Source: Firmicutes bacterium UBA4795 (lineage in GTDB: Bacteria > Bacillota > Desulfotomaculia > Desulfotomaculales > Nap2-2B). From it: a stretch of DNA of 64,000 bases. Positions 1-8,912 of this stretch are shown piece after piece. The position numbers and the translations under genes are program-made. The notes beneath the pieces were generated by a model. That model ran no database searches and was not told where the DNA came from. It was given only the letters and a program-made list of their open reading frames with translations. The DNA is taken from the NCBI GenBank assembly GCA_002402825.1, contig DHGP01000004.1, forward strand, positions 19,259 to 83,258, written 5' to 3'. Every line of letters starts with the position of its first letter. Position 1 is the first letter of the stretch.

Positions 1-239
1 AAGCAAGGCCAGTGGTAGCTACTCCAGTAGGAGGGATTAAGTTGCAGGTATTGCCGGAAAAAACTGGGTTGCTGGCTCGAACTAATGAGGAAATGGCGGC
101 GGCAGTTATACGGCTGTTAAGAAACCCAGACTTTGCAGAACAGTTGGGCAAGGCGGGACACGAACATGTACGGCAAAATTTTATTTTACCTATTTACCTT
201 AAGCATTGGTTGGAAGTTCTTAATGCTGAACTTTTATAA
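1..239 (+). CDS. glycosyltransferase (GT-B, family 1/4-like), C-terminal fragment entering from the left edge
   Basis: The frame is open to the window edge. The tail (PVGG...E.G.L....NEEMAAAVIRLLRNPDFAEQLGKAGHEHVRQNF) is a typical GT1/GT4 C-terminus. Confidence 0.6.
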   Translation, partial: ARPVVATPVGGIKLQVLPEKTGLLARTNEEMAAAVIRLLRNPDFAEQLGKAGHEHVRQNFILPIYLKHWLEVLNAELL

Positions 240-284
240 GGCGAAAAAAAATATAAAAAATATTAAGATAGGAGTTGAGCTTTT

Positions 285-728
285 TTGAGTAAGACGCTTG
301 ATGATTGTATTTTTTGTGCTGTTATTGCTGGAAAGGCACCGGTTTATAAGATAATGGAAAATGAGCTATCCCTTGGTATTCTTGATATTAATCCTTTGGC
401 GCCGGGGCATTGTTTAGTGCTTCCCAAAAGACATGTTCCCTGGTGGCATGATTTAAGCGAGGAGGAAGTTAAAAGCCTCTTTAGTTTAGCTAGAATAATG
501 GCTCAAAAAATCAAGCAGAAATTTAAGTCCGATTTTATCTCTCTATATGCGCGCGGCCGTAGAATTCCTCATACACATATATTTCTAATTCCTACCGTAA
601 GCGGCGATTTAACGGACCGTTTTTTCAACACCCTGGAAAAATTTCAGGAATCCCCTGAGGAATTACTTAAAATAAAAAATTCACTGGGGTTAATTGCCGC
701 GGCTCTATTAGATAAACCGCCAACTTAA
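285..728 (+). CDS. HIT (histidine triad) family protein
   Basis: It has an N-terminal CIFC motif, NPLAPGHCLVLPKRHV, and a triad region RIPHTHIFLIP. The first His of the HxHxHxx motif is replaced. The start is TTG with a GGAG upstream. Confidence 0.8.
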   Translation: MSKTLDDCIFCAVIAGKAPVYKIMENELSLGILDINPLAPGHCLVLPKRHVPWWHDLSEEEVKSLFSLARIMAQKIKQKFKSDFISLYARGRRIPHTHIFLIPTVSGDLTDRFFNTLEKFQESPEELLKIKNSLGLIAAALLDKPPT

Positions 729-877
729 GAATTTTAGTCTTTTTTAATTGGACAAGCTAAAAGTACTAAAAGTTTTGTTTAAAGTTGATATTTTTAAAGC
801 AGGAGATTTTTTAAAGAAGGAGAATTAAACATTAATAACTGTAATTTAAATTTTATTAGAAAGGGTGAAGTAAAAAA

Positions 878-2050
878 ATGCTGGTAAATTATAATCTTAC
901 TGAGGAACAGCAAATGGTGCTTAGCACGGTAAAAAGGCTGGCAAAGGAAAAAGTGGCCCCAAGAGCGGCAGATATTGAAAAGGAAGGTAAATGGCCCCAG
1001 GATATTTTTGAGTTATTTAAAGAAAATGGGTTGCAGGGTATTCCCTGGCCGGAGGAGTATGGGGGTACTGGCACAGGAGCATTAGTTTTAATGATGGCCG
1101 TTGAGGAACTGGCCAAGTATTGTGGTACTTCTCCATATGTCATGTCTTTAAATGACTTAGGAGCGCAGCCAATTATGGTAGCTGGTACAGAAGAACAAAA
1201 ACAAAAGTATATTGGCCGGATTGCCGCCGGAGAATCTTTGGCTGCTTTTGGTCTTACTGAACCTAATGCCGGAAGTGATGTAGCAGCATGTAGAACTACC
1301 GCCACACTTAAAGATGGAAAGTATATTTTAAATGGACAAAAATGTTTTATCAGCAATGCTGACAATGCAGATATAATTACGGTTTTTGCTAAAACAGACC
1401 CTGCAGCGGGATATAAGGGAATAAGTTGTTTTGTAGTGGAGAAACCCTGCCCGGGTCTTATTATTGGTAAAAAGGAAGAAAAAATGGGCGGCGAAGCTAT
1501 AAGCGCCTGTGAGGTATTTTTCGAAAATTGTGAGGTTCCAGCAGAAAATATGCTGGGTAAACCAGGGCAAGGATTTTTAATTGCCATGGAAACATTAGAT
1601 AGAACCCGACCCATGATTGGTGCCGTTGGTGTAGGTACAGCCCAGGGATGTTTAGATTACGCTATTCAATACGCCAAACAACGGGTGGTGTTTGGAAAGC
1701 CTATTGCTGAATTGCAAGCTATTCAATTTAAATTAGCCGATATGGCCATGAAAACTGAAGCCGCCCGGCAGTTGGTGTACCGCGCGGCTATCTTAATTGA
1801 TGCGTACCTGGAAGGAAATAAAGATATTAAGCGGACGGAGCTAAGTAAATTAGGTTCTATGGCTAAATGTTACGCTACAGACGTGGCTATGTATGTAACC
1901 ACTGAAGCAATCCAGATTTGTGGGGGCTATGGTTACATGAAAGATTATCCTTTAGAGCGGCGCTTTAGAGAAGCTAAACTTTTGCAAATTATTGAAGGAA
2001 CAAATGAAATTCAGCGGACAGTTATTGCGGGTAATCTTTTAAGAGAGTAA
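878..2050 (+). CDS. acyl-CoA dehydrogenase (short-chain/butyryl-CoA dehydrogenase-like)
   Basis: 390 aa with GLTEPNAGSD, a FISNA-type motif, QICGGYGYMKDYPLERRFREAKLLQIIEGTNEIQ, and the catalytic Glu context near the C-terminus. Confidence 0.9.
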   Translation: MLVNYNLTEEQQMVLSTVKRLAKEKVAPRAADIEKEGKWPQDIFELFKENGLQGIPWPEEYGGTGTGALVLMMAVEELAKYCGTSPYVMSLNDLGAQPIMVAGTEEQKQKYIGRIAAGESLAAFGLTEPNAGSDVAACRTTATLKDGKYILNGQKCFISNADNADIITVFAKTDPAAGYKGISCFVVEKPCPGLIIGKKEEKMGGEAISACEVFFENCEVPAENMLGKPGQGFLIAMETLDRTRPMIGAVGVGTAQGCLDYAIQYAKQRVVFGKPIAELQAIQFKLADMAMKTEAARQLVYRAAILIDAYLEGNKDIKRTELSKLGSMAKCYATDVAMYVTTEAIQICGGYGYMKDYPLERRFREAKLLQIIEGTNEIQRTVIAGNLLRE

Positions 2051-2131
2051 TTTTTCCCTAAAAATAAAGTAAAACTAATTAACGTAAATTTTTAAGCTAT
2101 TAAGCTATTTTTTAATTGAATTCTCTTATCT

Positions 2132-2166
2132 AAGGCTTCCGGGTCTTTGCCGGAAGCCTTTTTTAT
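2132..2166 (+). terminator. rho-independent terminator after the acyl-CoA dehydrogenase gene
   Basis: AAGGCTTCCGG-gtctttg-CCGGAAGCCTT forms an 11-bp perfect stem and is followed by TTTTTAT. Confidence 0.8.
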
Positions 2167-2302
2167 TAATCCACTCACCTTTTTTACCCACCTTTTCCTT
2201 GTTCCTCTCCCCTTGTTCTTTTGGTTAAATTTTAAGCACATTTAACTTAAAAAAGCAATATATATATATATTATAAATCATCTTTGAAAGGAGGAAATGT
2301 AT

Positions 2303-3859
2303 ATGGCTATAGATGCTGTCCAAACTACAGAAAAGCTGCGGGTTAGTCAGGTAGTTAGTGAAAATACGCAGCAAACAGTGGTACGCGGCAAAATTACCGT
2401 ACCTGAACCAAAACCAGATGTGGAAAAAATTCTTTCTACTGATAAAACAGCAAAAATTAAAAAAATTGAAATATTACTCGATAAAGCCATTGTAGAGGGA
2501 ACTTTATCTTTGCAGATTACTTATATTGCTTTTGAACCGGCGCAAGCGGTACACCATGTGCACCAACAAATACCTTTTACAGCTTTTGTTAATTTGCCTG
2601 GTGCCGCGCCAGATATGGAGGCTTTAGGGAAAGTTACGGTTGAAGACGTAAATATTATGCCTACCACCACCGATGTCAGGGTGTTTGACGTGGCCGCAGT
2701 TTTAAGCGTATTTGTTAAGGTTACCCAAATAGGTGATTTATCCGTAGTTACCCAGTGTCCTGCTGGGGCTACTTGTACCAGTGAATTAGTTAAAATTGCT
2801 AATGTAATTGGCAGCAAAACAAAACAGGTGCTTATAAGCAGTGACGTGGAAATCCCAAACGAAAAACCTTTGGCTGAAAAGATTTTAGAGGTGGATGCCA
2901 GTGGCGAAGTTAAAACTAAACGAATCGTTAAAGACAAAGTAATTATTGATGGCGCGGTAACCCTGCAGGTACTTTACGTTGCCGCCGAACCTGACCAGCC
3001 GGTACACCAGTTACATACCGTTTTACCCTTTAGTGACTTTATTGAAGTACCTGGCGCAGCTCCCGGAATGGATGTTCGGGTGGAGGTGAGAGTAGAAAGC
3101 GCTGAAGTGGAACAGATTGACGACCCTGCGGGTAAACTACGCGCTGATGTGGTAATTATGCTTACCGCAAATGTAATGGAAGTACGGCAGATTAACATCA
3201 TTACCAGCATCAGCGGGGTAGAAGCTACTATGGTTAAGCTGCGCCTTGATCACGTAGTAGGAGAAAATAGTGCCCAGGTAGTTCTCCGGGACATTTTTGA
3301 AACTCCGGAACCCAAACCAGAAGTAGAAAAAATAATTGATACGGCCGTGCGTGAGGTAAAAATTACCGAAACTAAAATTATTAAAGAAAAAGTAATTATT
3401 CGCGGTTATGTAAATTTACAGGTTATTTATGTTGCCGCCTTGGCAGATCAACCAGTTCACGCCATGCACCGGCGGCTTGATTTTAGTACCTTTATTGTTG
3501 TTCCTGGGGCTAAAGAAGGTATGGATGTAGATATCCGGCCCTTAGTGGAGTACATTACGGCCGATAAAGAAAACTGCCACGTAATTGTAGAGCTGGTACT
3601 TAAAGTTACGGCCAAGGTTACCGAATTACTACAGCGGGACGTGGTGGTAGCGGTGGCGCCGCCGGTTACACCGCCTCCGGTTTGCCCTCCTGGTCAGGTT
3701 ATTACTTATACCATTAAGCCGGGGGATACCTTTTTCCTGTTAGCGCAGCGCTTTAACGTAGGCGTAGCGGCAATTCAGCAGGCAAACCCAGGAGTAAACC
3801 CCAATCAGCTTACCATAGGGCAAGTTATTAATATTCCTTGCCCGCCGGCCAAAGGATAA
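2303..3859 (+). CDS. SipL-like spore coat morphogenetic protein: three SPOCS/DUF3794 repeats plus a C-terminal LysM domain
   Basis: Three internal repeats each begin with EPKP[DE]VEKI / NEKPLAEKI and contain ...V.G.L.LQ..YVA..P.QPVH.....PF..F. A Pro-rich linker follows, then LysM (YTIKPGDTFFLLAQRFNVGVAAIQQANPG...LTIGQVINIP). I prefer the ATG at 2303, 8 nt after AAAGGAGG, over the ATG at 2297. Confidence 0.6.
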   Translation: MAIDAVQTTEKLRVSQVVSENTQQTVVRGKITVPEPKPDVEKILSTDKTAKIKKIEILLDKAIVEGTLSLQITYIAFEPAQAVHHVHQQIPFTAFVNLPGAAPDMEALGKVTVEDVNIMPTTTDVRVFDVAAVLSVFVKVTQIGDLSVVTQCPAGATCTSELVKIANVIGSKTKQVLISSDVEIPNEKPLAEKILEVDASGEVKTKRIVKDKVIIDGAVTLQVLYVAAEPDQPVHQLHTVLPFSDFIEVPGAAPGMDVRVEVRVESAEVEQIDDPAGKLRADVVIMLTANVMEVRQINIITSISGVEATMVKLRLDHVVGENSAQVVLRDIFETPEPKPEVEKIIDTAVREVKITETKIIKEKVIIRGYVNLQVIYVAALADQPVHAMHRRLDFSTFIVVPGAKEGMDVDIRPLVEYITADKENCHVIVELVLKVTAKVTELLQRDVVVAVAPPVTPPPVCPPGQVITYTIKPGDTFFLLAQRFNVGVAAIQQANPGVNPNQLTIGQVINIPCPPAKG

Positions 3860-3917
3860 GAGGATTAATTTAATTGACCTAAGTTTTAAATGTTATTTAA
3901 GAAGAGGAGGTTATTTT

Positions 3918-4991
3918 ATGCCTGAGCAATTTATTTTTACCGAGCCAGAAGAGGTAACTTGCATGAAGGTAAGTATACCAGTTGTCCTGGCGGAGGAAGA
4001 GGTACAGGTATTAATTGACAGCACGCTTCATATGCCGGAGCTAACCAAAAAAGTTGACCACATTGATGCCCGGGTAGACGATTTGGAGGTTGAACCTGTA
4101 TTTATTCACGAGCACATTGCCCACTGGCACGTAAAAATTAAAAAAGAATGGGCGCATCATTTCAAAGAAATGGCAGGGCTAACTTCAGTGGTAAAAAAAC
4201 TTATTGTTGAAGGAACGCTGCATAAACAAATATATTACGTTAACCAGCGGGACGAAGTTAAACATGTCCAGGAAGAAGTACCCTTTACGAAAATGATTGA
4301 GCTAAAAGAAGCCCAACCCGTACTTGATGAAGATAATGTTTTTATCCAAATGCACAAACCAAGGCTGGATGTATCCTGGGAATTAGTCCGGGCCGGCCGG
4401 CTGCAGCAGACCGGGATTATTATTTTACGGGTAAAAGTAGTTGAGTACCGGCAAATATTCGTCCAGGTTTGTCCTTCTCCGGAATTATGCCCCCCCGGTA
4501 ATTTTTTAGAGGACCCATCCTTTGAACATTGGGCGGGGAATATCCCTGTTTTTTGGGGAGCTACTAACGTAACTTCTACCGGTATTGCCCATACTGGTAG
4601 TCTGGCGGCGGATTTAGGAAGAATAGACCCTACCAAGGTAGCCGCTTTGTTCCAGACTACCCGGCGTAACATTGCTGGTGGGCGAACATATAAATTAATT
4701 TTTTGGGTTAGAGAAAATCTGGCGCAGGCCCCCTTAAGTGCTTTCAGTAACTTTAATCTTATGGCTGAAGTACGCTTTTTTAACGGGCAGGGAATCCAAA
4801 TTGACGGTGCCAGTCAAACCTGGCCTCATACCGGCATTCCCGATAATCGTTACGAACAGTTTAGTTTTAACGTAACGGCTCCTGCCGGAGCGGGTATTGT
4901 TTTGGTACGGTTTAGCTTTATGCCTGGTACCGGCAACAATGGCACCGTAAAAATTGATGATGTTACTTTAGAATGTATTGGGGGGATTTAA
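3918..4991 (+). CDS. SPOCS/DUF3794-domain protein with a C-terminal beta-sandwich (CBM4/9-like) domain; probable spore surface protein
   Basis: The N-terminal half resembles the repeats of the upstream gene (VKKLIVEGTLHKQIYYVNQRDEVKHVQEEVPFTKMIEL). The C-terminal half begins NFLEDPSFEHW and ends GTVKIDDVTLE, a pattern typical of carbohydrate-binding jelly-roll modules. There is a strong RBS, GAGGAGG. Confidence 0.5.
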   Translation: MPEQFIFTEPEEVTCMKVSIPVVLAEEEVQVLIDSTLHMPELTKKVDHIDARVDDLEVEPVFIHEHIAHWHVKIKKEWAHHFKEMAGLTSVVKKLIVEGTLHKQIYYVNQRDEVKHVQEEVPFTKMIELKEAQPVLDEDNVFIQMHKPRLDVSWELVRAGRLQQTGIIILRVKVVEYRQIFVQVCPSPELCPPGNFLEDPSFEHWAGNIPVFWGATNVTSTGIAHTGSLAADLGRIDPTKVAALFQTTRRNIAGGRTYKLIFWVRENLAQAPLSAFSNFNLMAEVRFFNGQGIQIDGASQTWPHTGIPDNRYEQFSFNVTAPAGAGIVLVRFSFMPGTGNNGTVKIDDVTLECIGGI

Positions 4992-5026
4992 AGAAAGCCC
5001 TGAAAAAAATATTGGGGAAAAGGGTT

Positions 5027-5112
5027 AACCTTCCTGTCTGTCAACCATGCCAGTTTAGCTATTTTGTATGATAAACTTTTAAAAACGGTCATGACAGACA
5101 GGTTGGTTTTTT
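5027..5112 (+). terminator. possible terminator / long-loop hairpin downstream of 3918..4991
   Basis: CCTGTCTGTCA (5033-5043) pairs with TGACAGACAGG (5092-5102) and is followed by TTGGTTTTTT. The loop is unusually long, about 48 nt. Confidence 0.35.
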
Positions 5113-5268
5113 CGTTAACGAATTTATTGGTTTCTTTTTTGGCGAAAACATAGAGCCCTTTATTTTAAGGAAAGCTGTAATTGCTTAGCGGTTAAAAGAT
5201 TATCTGTTTTTTAGGCTCTTTAAGCTAACGGGTAATTTTTTTTAAAGAAAGCAGCTTTTCTTTTTTAT

Positions 5269-5448
5269 TTAGGCTTCCGGTAATTTTATTCCTGCCTGTA
5301 AGATTTTAAGACCGCTTTTAAATATTTGAATAGAATTTTGGGCTGTTTGAACTAAAGAATTAATCATGGCTAGCTCTTCTTCAATTTGCGGTCGGGTAGA
5401 AAGCAGGAGCAGAAAAGCTAAGTAAAATAAGTCTTTATTTTTTTTCAC
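5269..5448 (-). CDS. small hypothetical protein (59 aa), not in the ORF track
   Basis: The GTG start is 8 nt after AAGAAGGGGG. Translation: (M)KKNKDLFYLAFLLLLSTRPQIEEELAMINSLVQTAQNSIQIFKSGLKILQAGIKLPEA. It has a hydrophobic N-terminus followed by an amphipathic helix. Confidence 0.35.
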   Translation of the reverse strand: MKKNKDLFYLAFLLLLSTRPQIEEELAMINSLVQTAQNSIQIFKSGLKILQAGIKLPEA

Positions 5449-5591
5449 GTAGTTAGCCCCCTTCTTGGTTTACATTAGCTTTAAAGCTTTAATATTATAT
5501 ATTACGCTTTAAGCAGGTGTACGGTGACAGACAAATGGCGGTTATTTTTTTGTCTTTTGAGGTAACAATAAGGTAAAAAAGGTGATCGTTA

Positions 5592-6035
5592 ATGAATTTT
5601 GAGTGGCTGGCGCTAATTATTGCTGCCGGGGCAGGAGTTACCATGGCTATTCAGGGCACGTTGAATACTATTTTGGGTAAAGCCACCGGTCTTTTGGAAG
5701 CTACCTTTATTGTGCATCTGGTGGGCTTGACGGTAGCGGCCTTACTTTTAATTTTTGGCGTAGGTGAGGAACGGTTATACCAGCAAGTTTCTCCGCCTTG
5801 GTATATTTATTTAGGCGGTGTGTTAGGGGTGATGATTATTTACGGGGTGGTACGTAGCATCCCTTTAGTAGGGGTTGCTCCGGCTACTACCGCTATTATT
5901 TTAGGCCAGGTGCTTACGGCAGGGATAATAGATTACCTGGGTTTATTTGGTATGGAAAAACTACCTTTTAACTGGTTTAAAGTTGCCGGTACATTATTAA
6001 TGGCGGGAGGTGCCTGGTTATTATTAAAAAAATAA
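5592..6035 (+). CDS. DMT-superfamily membrane protein (YdcZ/DUF606-like)
   Basis: 147 aa with 5 predicted TM helices and a Gly-rich hydrophobic pattern typical of DUF606 half-transporters. Confidence 0.6.
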   Translation: MNFEWLALIIAAGAGVTMAIQGTLNTILGKATGLLEATFIVHLVGLTVAALLLIFGVGEERLYQQVSPPWYIYLGGVLGVMIIYGVVRSIPLVGVAPATTAIILGQVLTAGIIDYLGLFGMEKLPFNWFKVAGTLLMAGGAWLLLKK

Positions 6036-6102
6036 GGTAAGATTTGTTAGCCCCAAGTTTTTATCTAATTGTTAAATAATTATAAAATACGTTATTCAGC
6101 TG

Positions 6103-6675
6103 TTATTTAGGTAGAATAATTTTTTGACCAGGGTAAATCAAGTCCGGATTTTCTATTTGGTTCAGCGTGATTAGGGTTTGCAAGGGAAATCCAAAGCGCC
6201 GGGCAATTTTCCATAGGGTATCTTGCGGTTGGACGATATAGATTTGTTTTTCGGAAAAGCTATTAGGGTTATGGTCTGGAACGGGGCTTCCTGATTTGCT
6301 ATTTTCTTTTATAATAATTACTAAGGTGCCAATTTCTATTTGGGGAAAAAGGGCCTCAATATGATGATTGTGCATCCTGATACAGCCGTTAGAAACGGCT
6401 TTGCCTATAGAGGCCGGATTATTGGTGCCGTGAATTCCGTAGTTACCTTGCGGTATATTTAGGCCCATCCACCGGCTGCCCAGGATACCGCCAGGATTGA
6501 TTATTTTATTTATTACCTGAAATTGACCAGGAGGAGTAGGGGTATCGGGTTTACCTACGGCAATAGGGTAAGATTGCATCAGGTTCTTGCCCTGGTAATG
6601 ATATAAAACACGTCTGGTGGTATTAATGAGAAGACATGTTCCCCCCAGGGGAAAGTTAACCTTATTTTTAAACAT
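6103..6675 (-). CDS. L,D-transpeptidase (YkuD fold) with a C-terminal LysM domain
   Basis: The catalytic motif is HGTNNPASIGKAVSNGCIRM. The LysM domain is YIVQPQDTLWKIARRFGFPLQTLITLNQIENPDLIYPGQKIILP. I prefer the ATG at 6675 over the GTG at 6684, which lies inside the SD. Confidence 0.85.
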   Translation of the reverse strand: MFKNKVNFPLGGTCLLINTTRRVLYHYQGKNLMQSYPIAVGKPDTPTPPGQFQVINKIINPGGILGSRWMGLNIPQGNYGIHGTNNPASIGKAVSNGCIRMHNHHIEALFPQIEIGTLVIIIKENSKSGSPVPDHNPNSFSEKQIYIVQPQDTLWKIARRFGFPLQTLITLNQIENPDLIYPGQKIILPK

Positions 6676-6918
6676 AAAATTCACCCCTAAATCCTGATGG
6701 CGGAAGAGCCGATAATTATTTAGCCGTTATAAAATATATTTATGTTTTTATATTTAAATTTAACGTTAATTTTTCGTTAGATTATTAGATTAATTGGGTT
6801 ATATTAATCTTTCTTATAATAATCTTTTAATTTGTCTTTTAACTAAATATATGGTAACATTTAGCAATAGGTAGCTTTTTTTAATAAAATTCTGCGTTTC
6901 AAGAAAGGGGCCAGAAAA

Positions 6919-7272
6919 ATGGAACTGGATTTGGAAATAAGACAATATGCTTTACTGGTACGGCCAAAAGGCGAGCTTGATTTAGCGGTAGCCGATGAAT
7001 TTCGGGCAGCTTTGGAAAAAGCTTTGGAAAGCAGGCCCATAAGCTTTTTAGTCCTTAATTTAAGCCAGGTTTCTTTTATTGATAGCTCCTGTCTAGGGGT
7101 TATTTTAGGAAGGTATAAACGGCTGGTTCAAATAAACGGAAGGGTTTCCCTGGTGAATGCGCAACCCCAGGTACGCCGGGTCTTAGAAATGTCTGGCTTT
7201 TTTCGGATCATGAAGGAGTATCCTAACGAAGAAGAAGCTTTAAACCTAATTGTTAGGCATAGGGGTGAGTAA
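6919..7272 (+). CDS. spoIIAA: anti-sigma-F factor antagonist SpoIIAA (STAS domain)
   Basis: 117 aa with the phosphorylatable Ser context FIDSSCLGVILG. It lies directly upstream of spoIIAB-sigF. Confidence 0.95.
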   Translation: MELDLEIRQYALLVRPKGELDLAVADEFRAALEKALESRPISFLVLNLSQVSFIDSSCLGVILGRYKRLVQINGRVSLVNAQPQVRRVLEMSGFFRIMKEYPNEEEALNLIVRHRGE

Positions 7273-7724
7273 TGATGGAGGTTGTCAACCAAATGAAGCT
7301 TGAATTTTTAAGTATTCCGGCTAATGTTGCTTTTGCGCGGGTAGCCGTAGCTGCCTTTGCCTCCCAGTTAGAATTTACTTTAAACGATTTGGAAGAAATT
7401 AAAGTTGCGGTTTCCGAAGCTGTAGCCAACGCCATTATTCACGGCTATGCCGACTCGCCAAACGGTATTGTCCGGATAGTAGCCACTTTAGGTAAAGATA
7501 GTCTTGAAGTTAGGGTGGAGGACGACGGGAAGGGAATTGAAGACATTAGGAAAGCCCTTCAACCGGCTTACTCTTCTGACCCGGAGCGTACGGGGCTGGG
7601 TTTTGTTTTTATGCAATCCTTTATGGAACGGTTGCAAGTAGACTCTGCTCCCGGAGAAGGTACCCGCGTAACCATGATTAAAACGGTAAATCCTTCTTTA
7701 TCTTCTACGCAACTAAAGCATTAA
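7272..7724 (+). CDS. spoIIAB: anti-sigma-F factor SpoIIAB (GHKL serine kinase)
   Basis: It shows the N-box EAVANAIIHG and G-boxes DDGKGI / GLGF. Its ATG overlaps the spoIIAA stop. Confidence 0.95.
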   Translation: MMEVVNQMKLEFLSIPANVAFARVAVAAFASQLEFTLNDLEEIKVAVSEAVANAIIHGYADSPNGIVRIVATLGKDSLEVRVEDDGKGIEDIRKALQPAYSSDPERTGLGFVFMQSFMERLQVDSAPGEGTRVTMIKTVNPSLSSTQLKH

Positions 7725-7741
7725 GGCAGGGTCCTAAAAAA

Positions 7742-8527
7742 ATGAGCTCTAAGCTAACCGGAATGAATTTACCCCGCTTCCCCTTACTTAAAGATAGTGA
7801 AATGATAGAGCTTATTAAACAGGCCCAGGCGGGAAATAATTTAGCCCGGGAAAAATTAATCAATTGCAACCTTAAACTGGTTTTTAATTTAGTAAAACGT
7901 TTTCAAAACAGGGGCTATGATTTGGAAGATTTATTTCAGATCGGTTGCATTGGCTTGATTAAAGCTATTGATAAATTTGATTTTAATTATGGGGTCAAGT
8001 TTTCTACTTACGCTGTACCCATGATTATTGGCGAAATCAGACGTTTTTTAAGGGACGACCAGTTAATTAAAGTAAGCCGGTCCGTAAAAGAGACGGCTTA
8101 CAAAATTCAAAGAACACGGGAATTTTTGGCCAATCAATTAGGAAGAGAGCCTTCAGTAGGTGAAATAGCCGAAAATCTTGGGTTGTCCCGGGAGGAAATA
8201 GTTACGGCTATAGAAGCGGCCCAATATCCGGCTTCAATTTACGAAACACTCCACCAAAATGAGGGCGACCCAATATACCTTTTAGACCAGCTGGATGACC
8301 TGCGGGTTACAGAATTGTCCTGGATAGATCATATTGAGCTTAAGGATTTATTATTTAAATTACCGGAGCGGGACCGGCAAATTTTATCCTGGCGTTTTTT
8401 CGAAGATAAAACCCAAAAAGATATAGCCGACCGCTTGGGCCTCTCCCAGGTCCAAATATCACGCTTAGAACGTCAAGCTTTAAACAAAATAAAAAAACTA
8501 ATTATTTCGCCCAAAAAAACTTCTTAA
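7742..8527 (+). CDS. sigF: sporulation sigma factor SigF
   Basis: Sigma-70 regions 2 to 4 are present (DLFQIGCIGLIKAIDKFD, YAVPMIIGEIRRFLRD, QKDIADRLGLSQVQISRLE). The position after spoIIAA/AB matches the known operon. Confidence 0.95.
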   Translation: MSSKLTGMNLPRFPLLKDSEMIELIKQAQAGNNLAREKLINCNLKLVFNLVKRFQNRGYDLEDLFQIGCIGLIKAIDKFDFNYGVKFSTYAVPMIIGEIRRFLRDDQLIKVSRSVKETAYKIQRTREFLANQLGREPSVGEIAENLGLSREEIVTAIEAAQYPASIYETLHQNEGDPIYLLDQLDDLRVTELSWIDHIELKDLLFKLPERDRQILSWRFFEDKTQKDIADRLGLSQVQISRLERQALNKIKKLIISPKKTS

Positions 8528-8621
8528 GAAGTATATATATTTTATTATTGCAAATAATATTGTAAAATGCACCGTTAGTTTTAAGTCATTAAAAAATTTA
8601 AATTTATAAGGAGGAATTTTG

Positions 8622-8816
8622 ATGTCCATAAACGTTTCAGAAATGGTTGGAGAATCAAATGATGGTTGGAAAGGGGCTGTTCAGTCGGCGGTTGACAAAG
8701 CCTTAAAAGAGGGAAAGGAAGTTGTTGGCGTAGAGGTGGTTAACCTGACGGCAAATGTGAATAATGGCCGGGTAACTGAATATAAAGCTAACATTAAGCT
8801 GGCTGAAAAAAGTTAA
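8622..8816 (+). CDS. dodecin-family (flavin-binding) small protein
   Basis: 64 aa. The pattern MVGES.DGW.GAVQSAV..A.....V.GVEV......V.NG.V.EYKANIK matches the dodecin fold signature. The ATG is 6 nt after AAGGAGGA. Confidence 0.55.
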   Translation: MSINVSEMVGESNDGWKGAVQSAVDKALKEGKEVVGVEVVNLTANVNNGRVTEYKANIKLAEKS

Positions 8817-8864
8817 TAGAATAAATAAAAAGAAACTATTCAATTATTAGCAGTCAGCTTATTA

Positions 8865-8892
8865 ATGGACACCTTCCGGTGTCCATTTTATC
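8865..8892 (+). terminator. rho-independent terminator after the dodecin-like gene
   Basis: ATGGACACC-ttcc-GGTGTCCAT is followed by TTTTAT. It overlaps the false N-terminal extension of the spoVAC ORF in the track. Confidence 0.7.
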
Positions 8893-8912
8893 TAAAAAGA
8901 GGAAGGATGAAC

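Noticed and set aside
560-590. A degenerate histidine triad (IPHTHIF rather than HxHxHxx) in the HIT protein
   Set aside because: The second and third His residues, which include the nucleophile position, are retained. Loss of the first His occurs in bona fide HIT family members, so this is not evidence of a pseudogene.
889-1614. A long antisense ORF (241 aa), and a second one at 1328..1570, opposite the acyl-CoA dehydrogenase gene
   Set aside because: Both lie entirely within a well-supported conserved gene on the other strand. Their composition is low-complexity (Ser/Pro/Ala-rich) and they have no RBS. The many other antisense ORFs in the track, such as 2521..2937, 4235..4672, 15464..15995, 46020..46526 and 50453..51186, are rejected for the same reasons.
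2255-2275. The (AT)n/(TA)n run upstream of the sipL-like gene
   Set aside because: It is a short low-complexity tract in an AT-rich promoter region. There is no evidence of function beyond possible -10 elements.
8865-8912. The N-terminal extension of spoVAC in the ORF track (MDTFRCPFYLKRGRMN)
   Set aside because: These codons are the read-through of a terminator hairpin (ATGGACACC/GGTGTCCAT). A properly spaced SD precedes the ATG at 8913.
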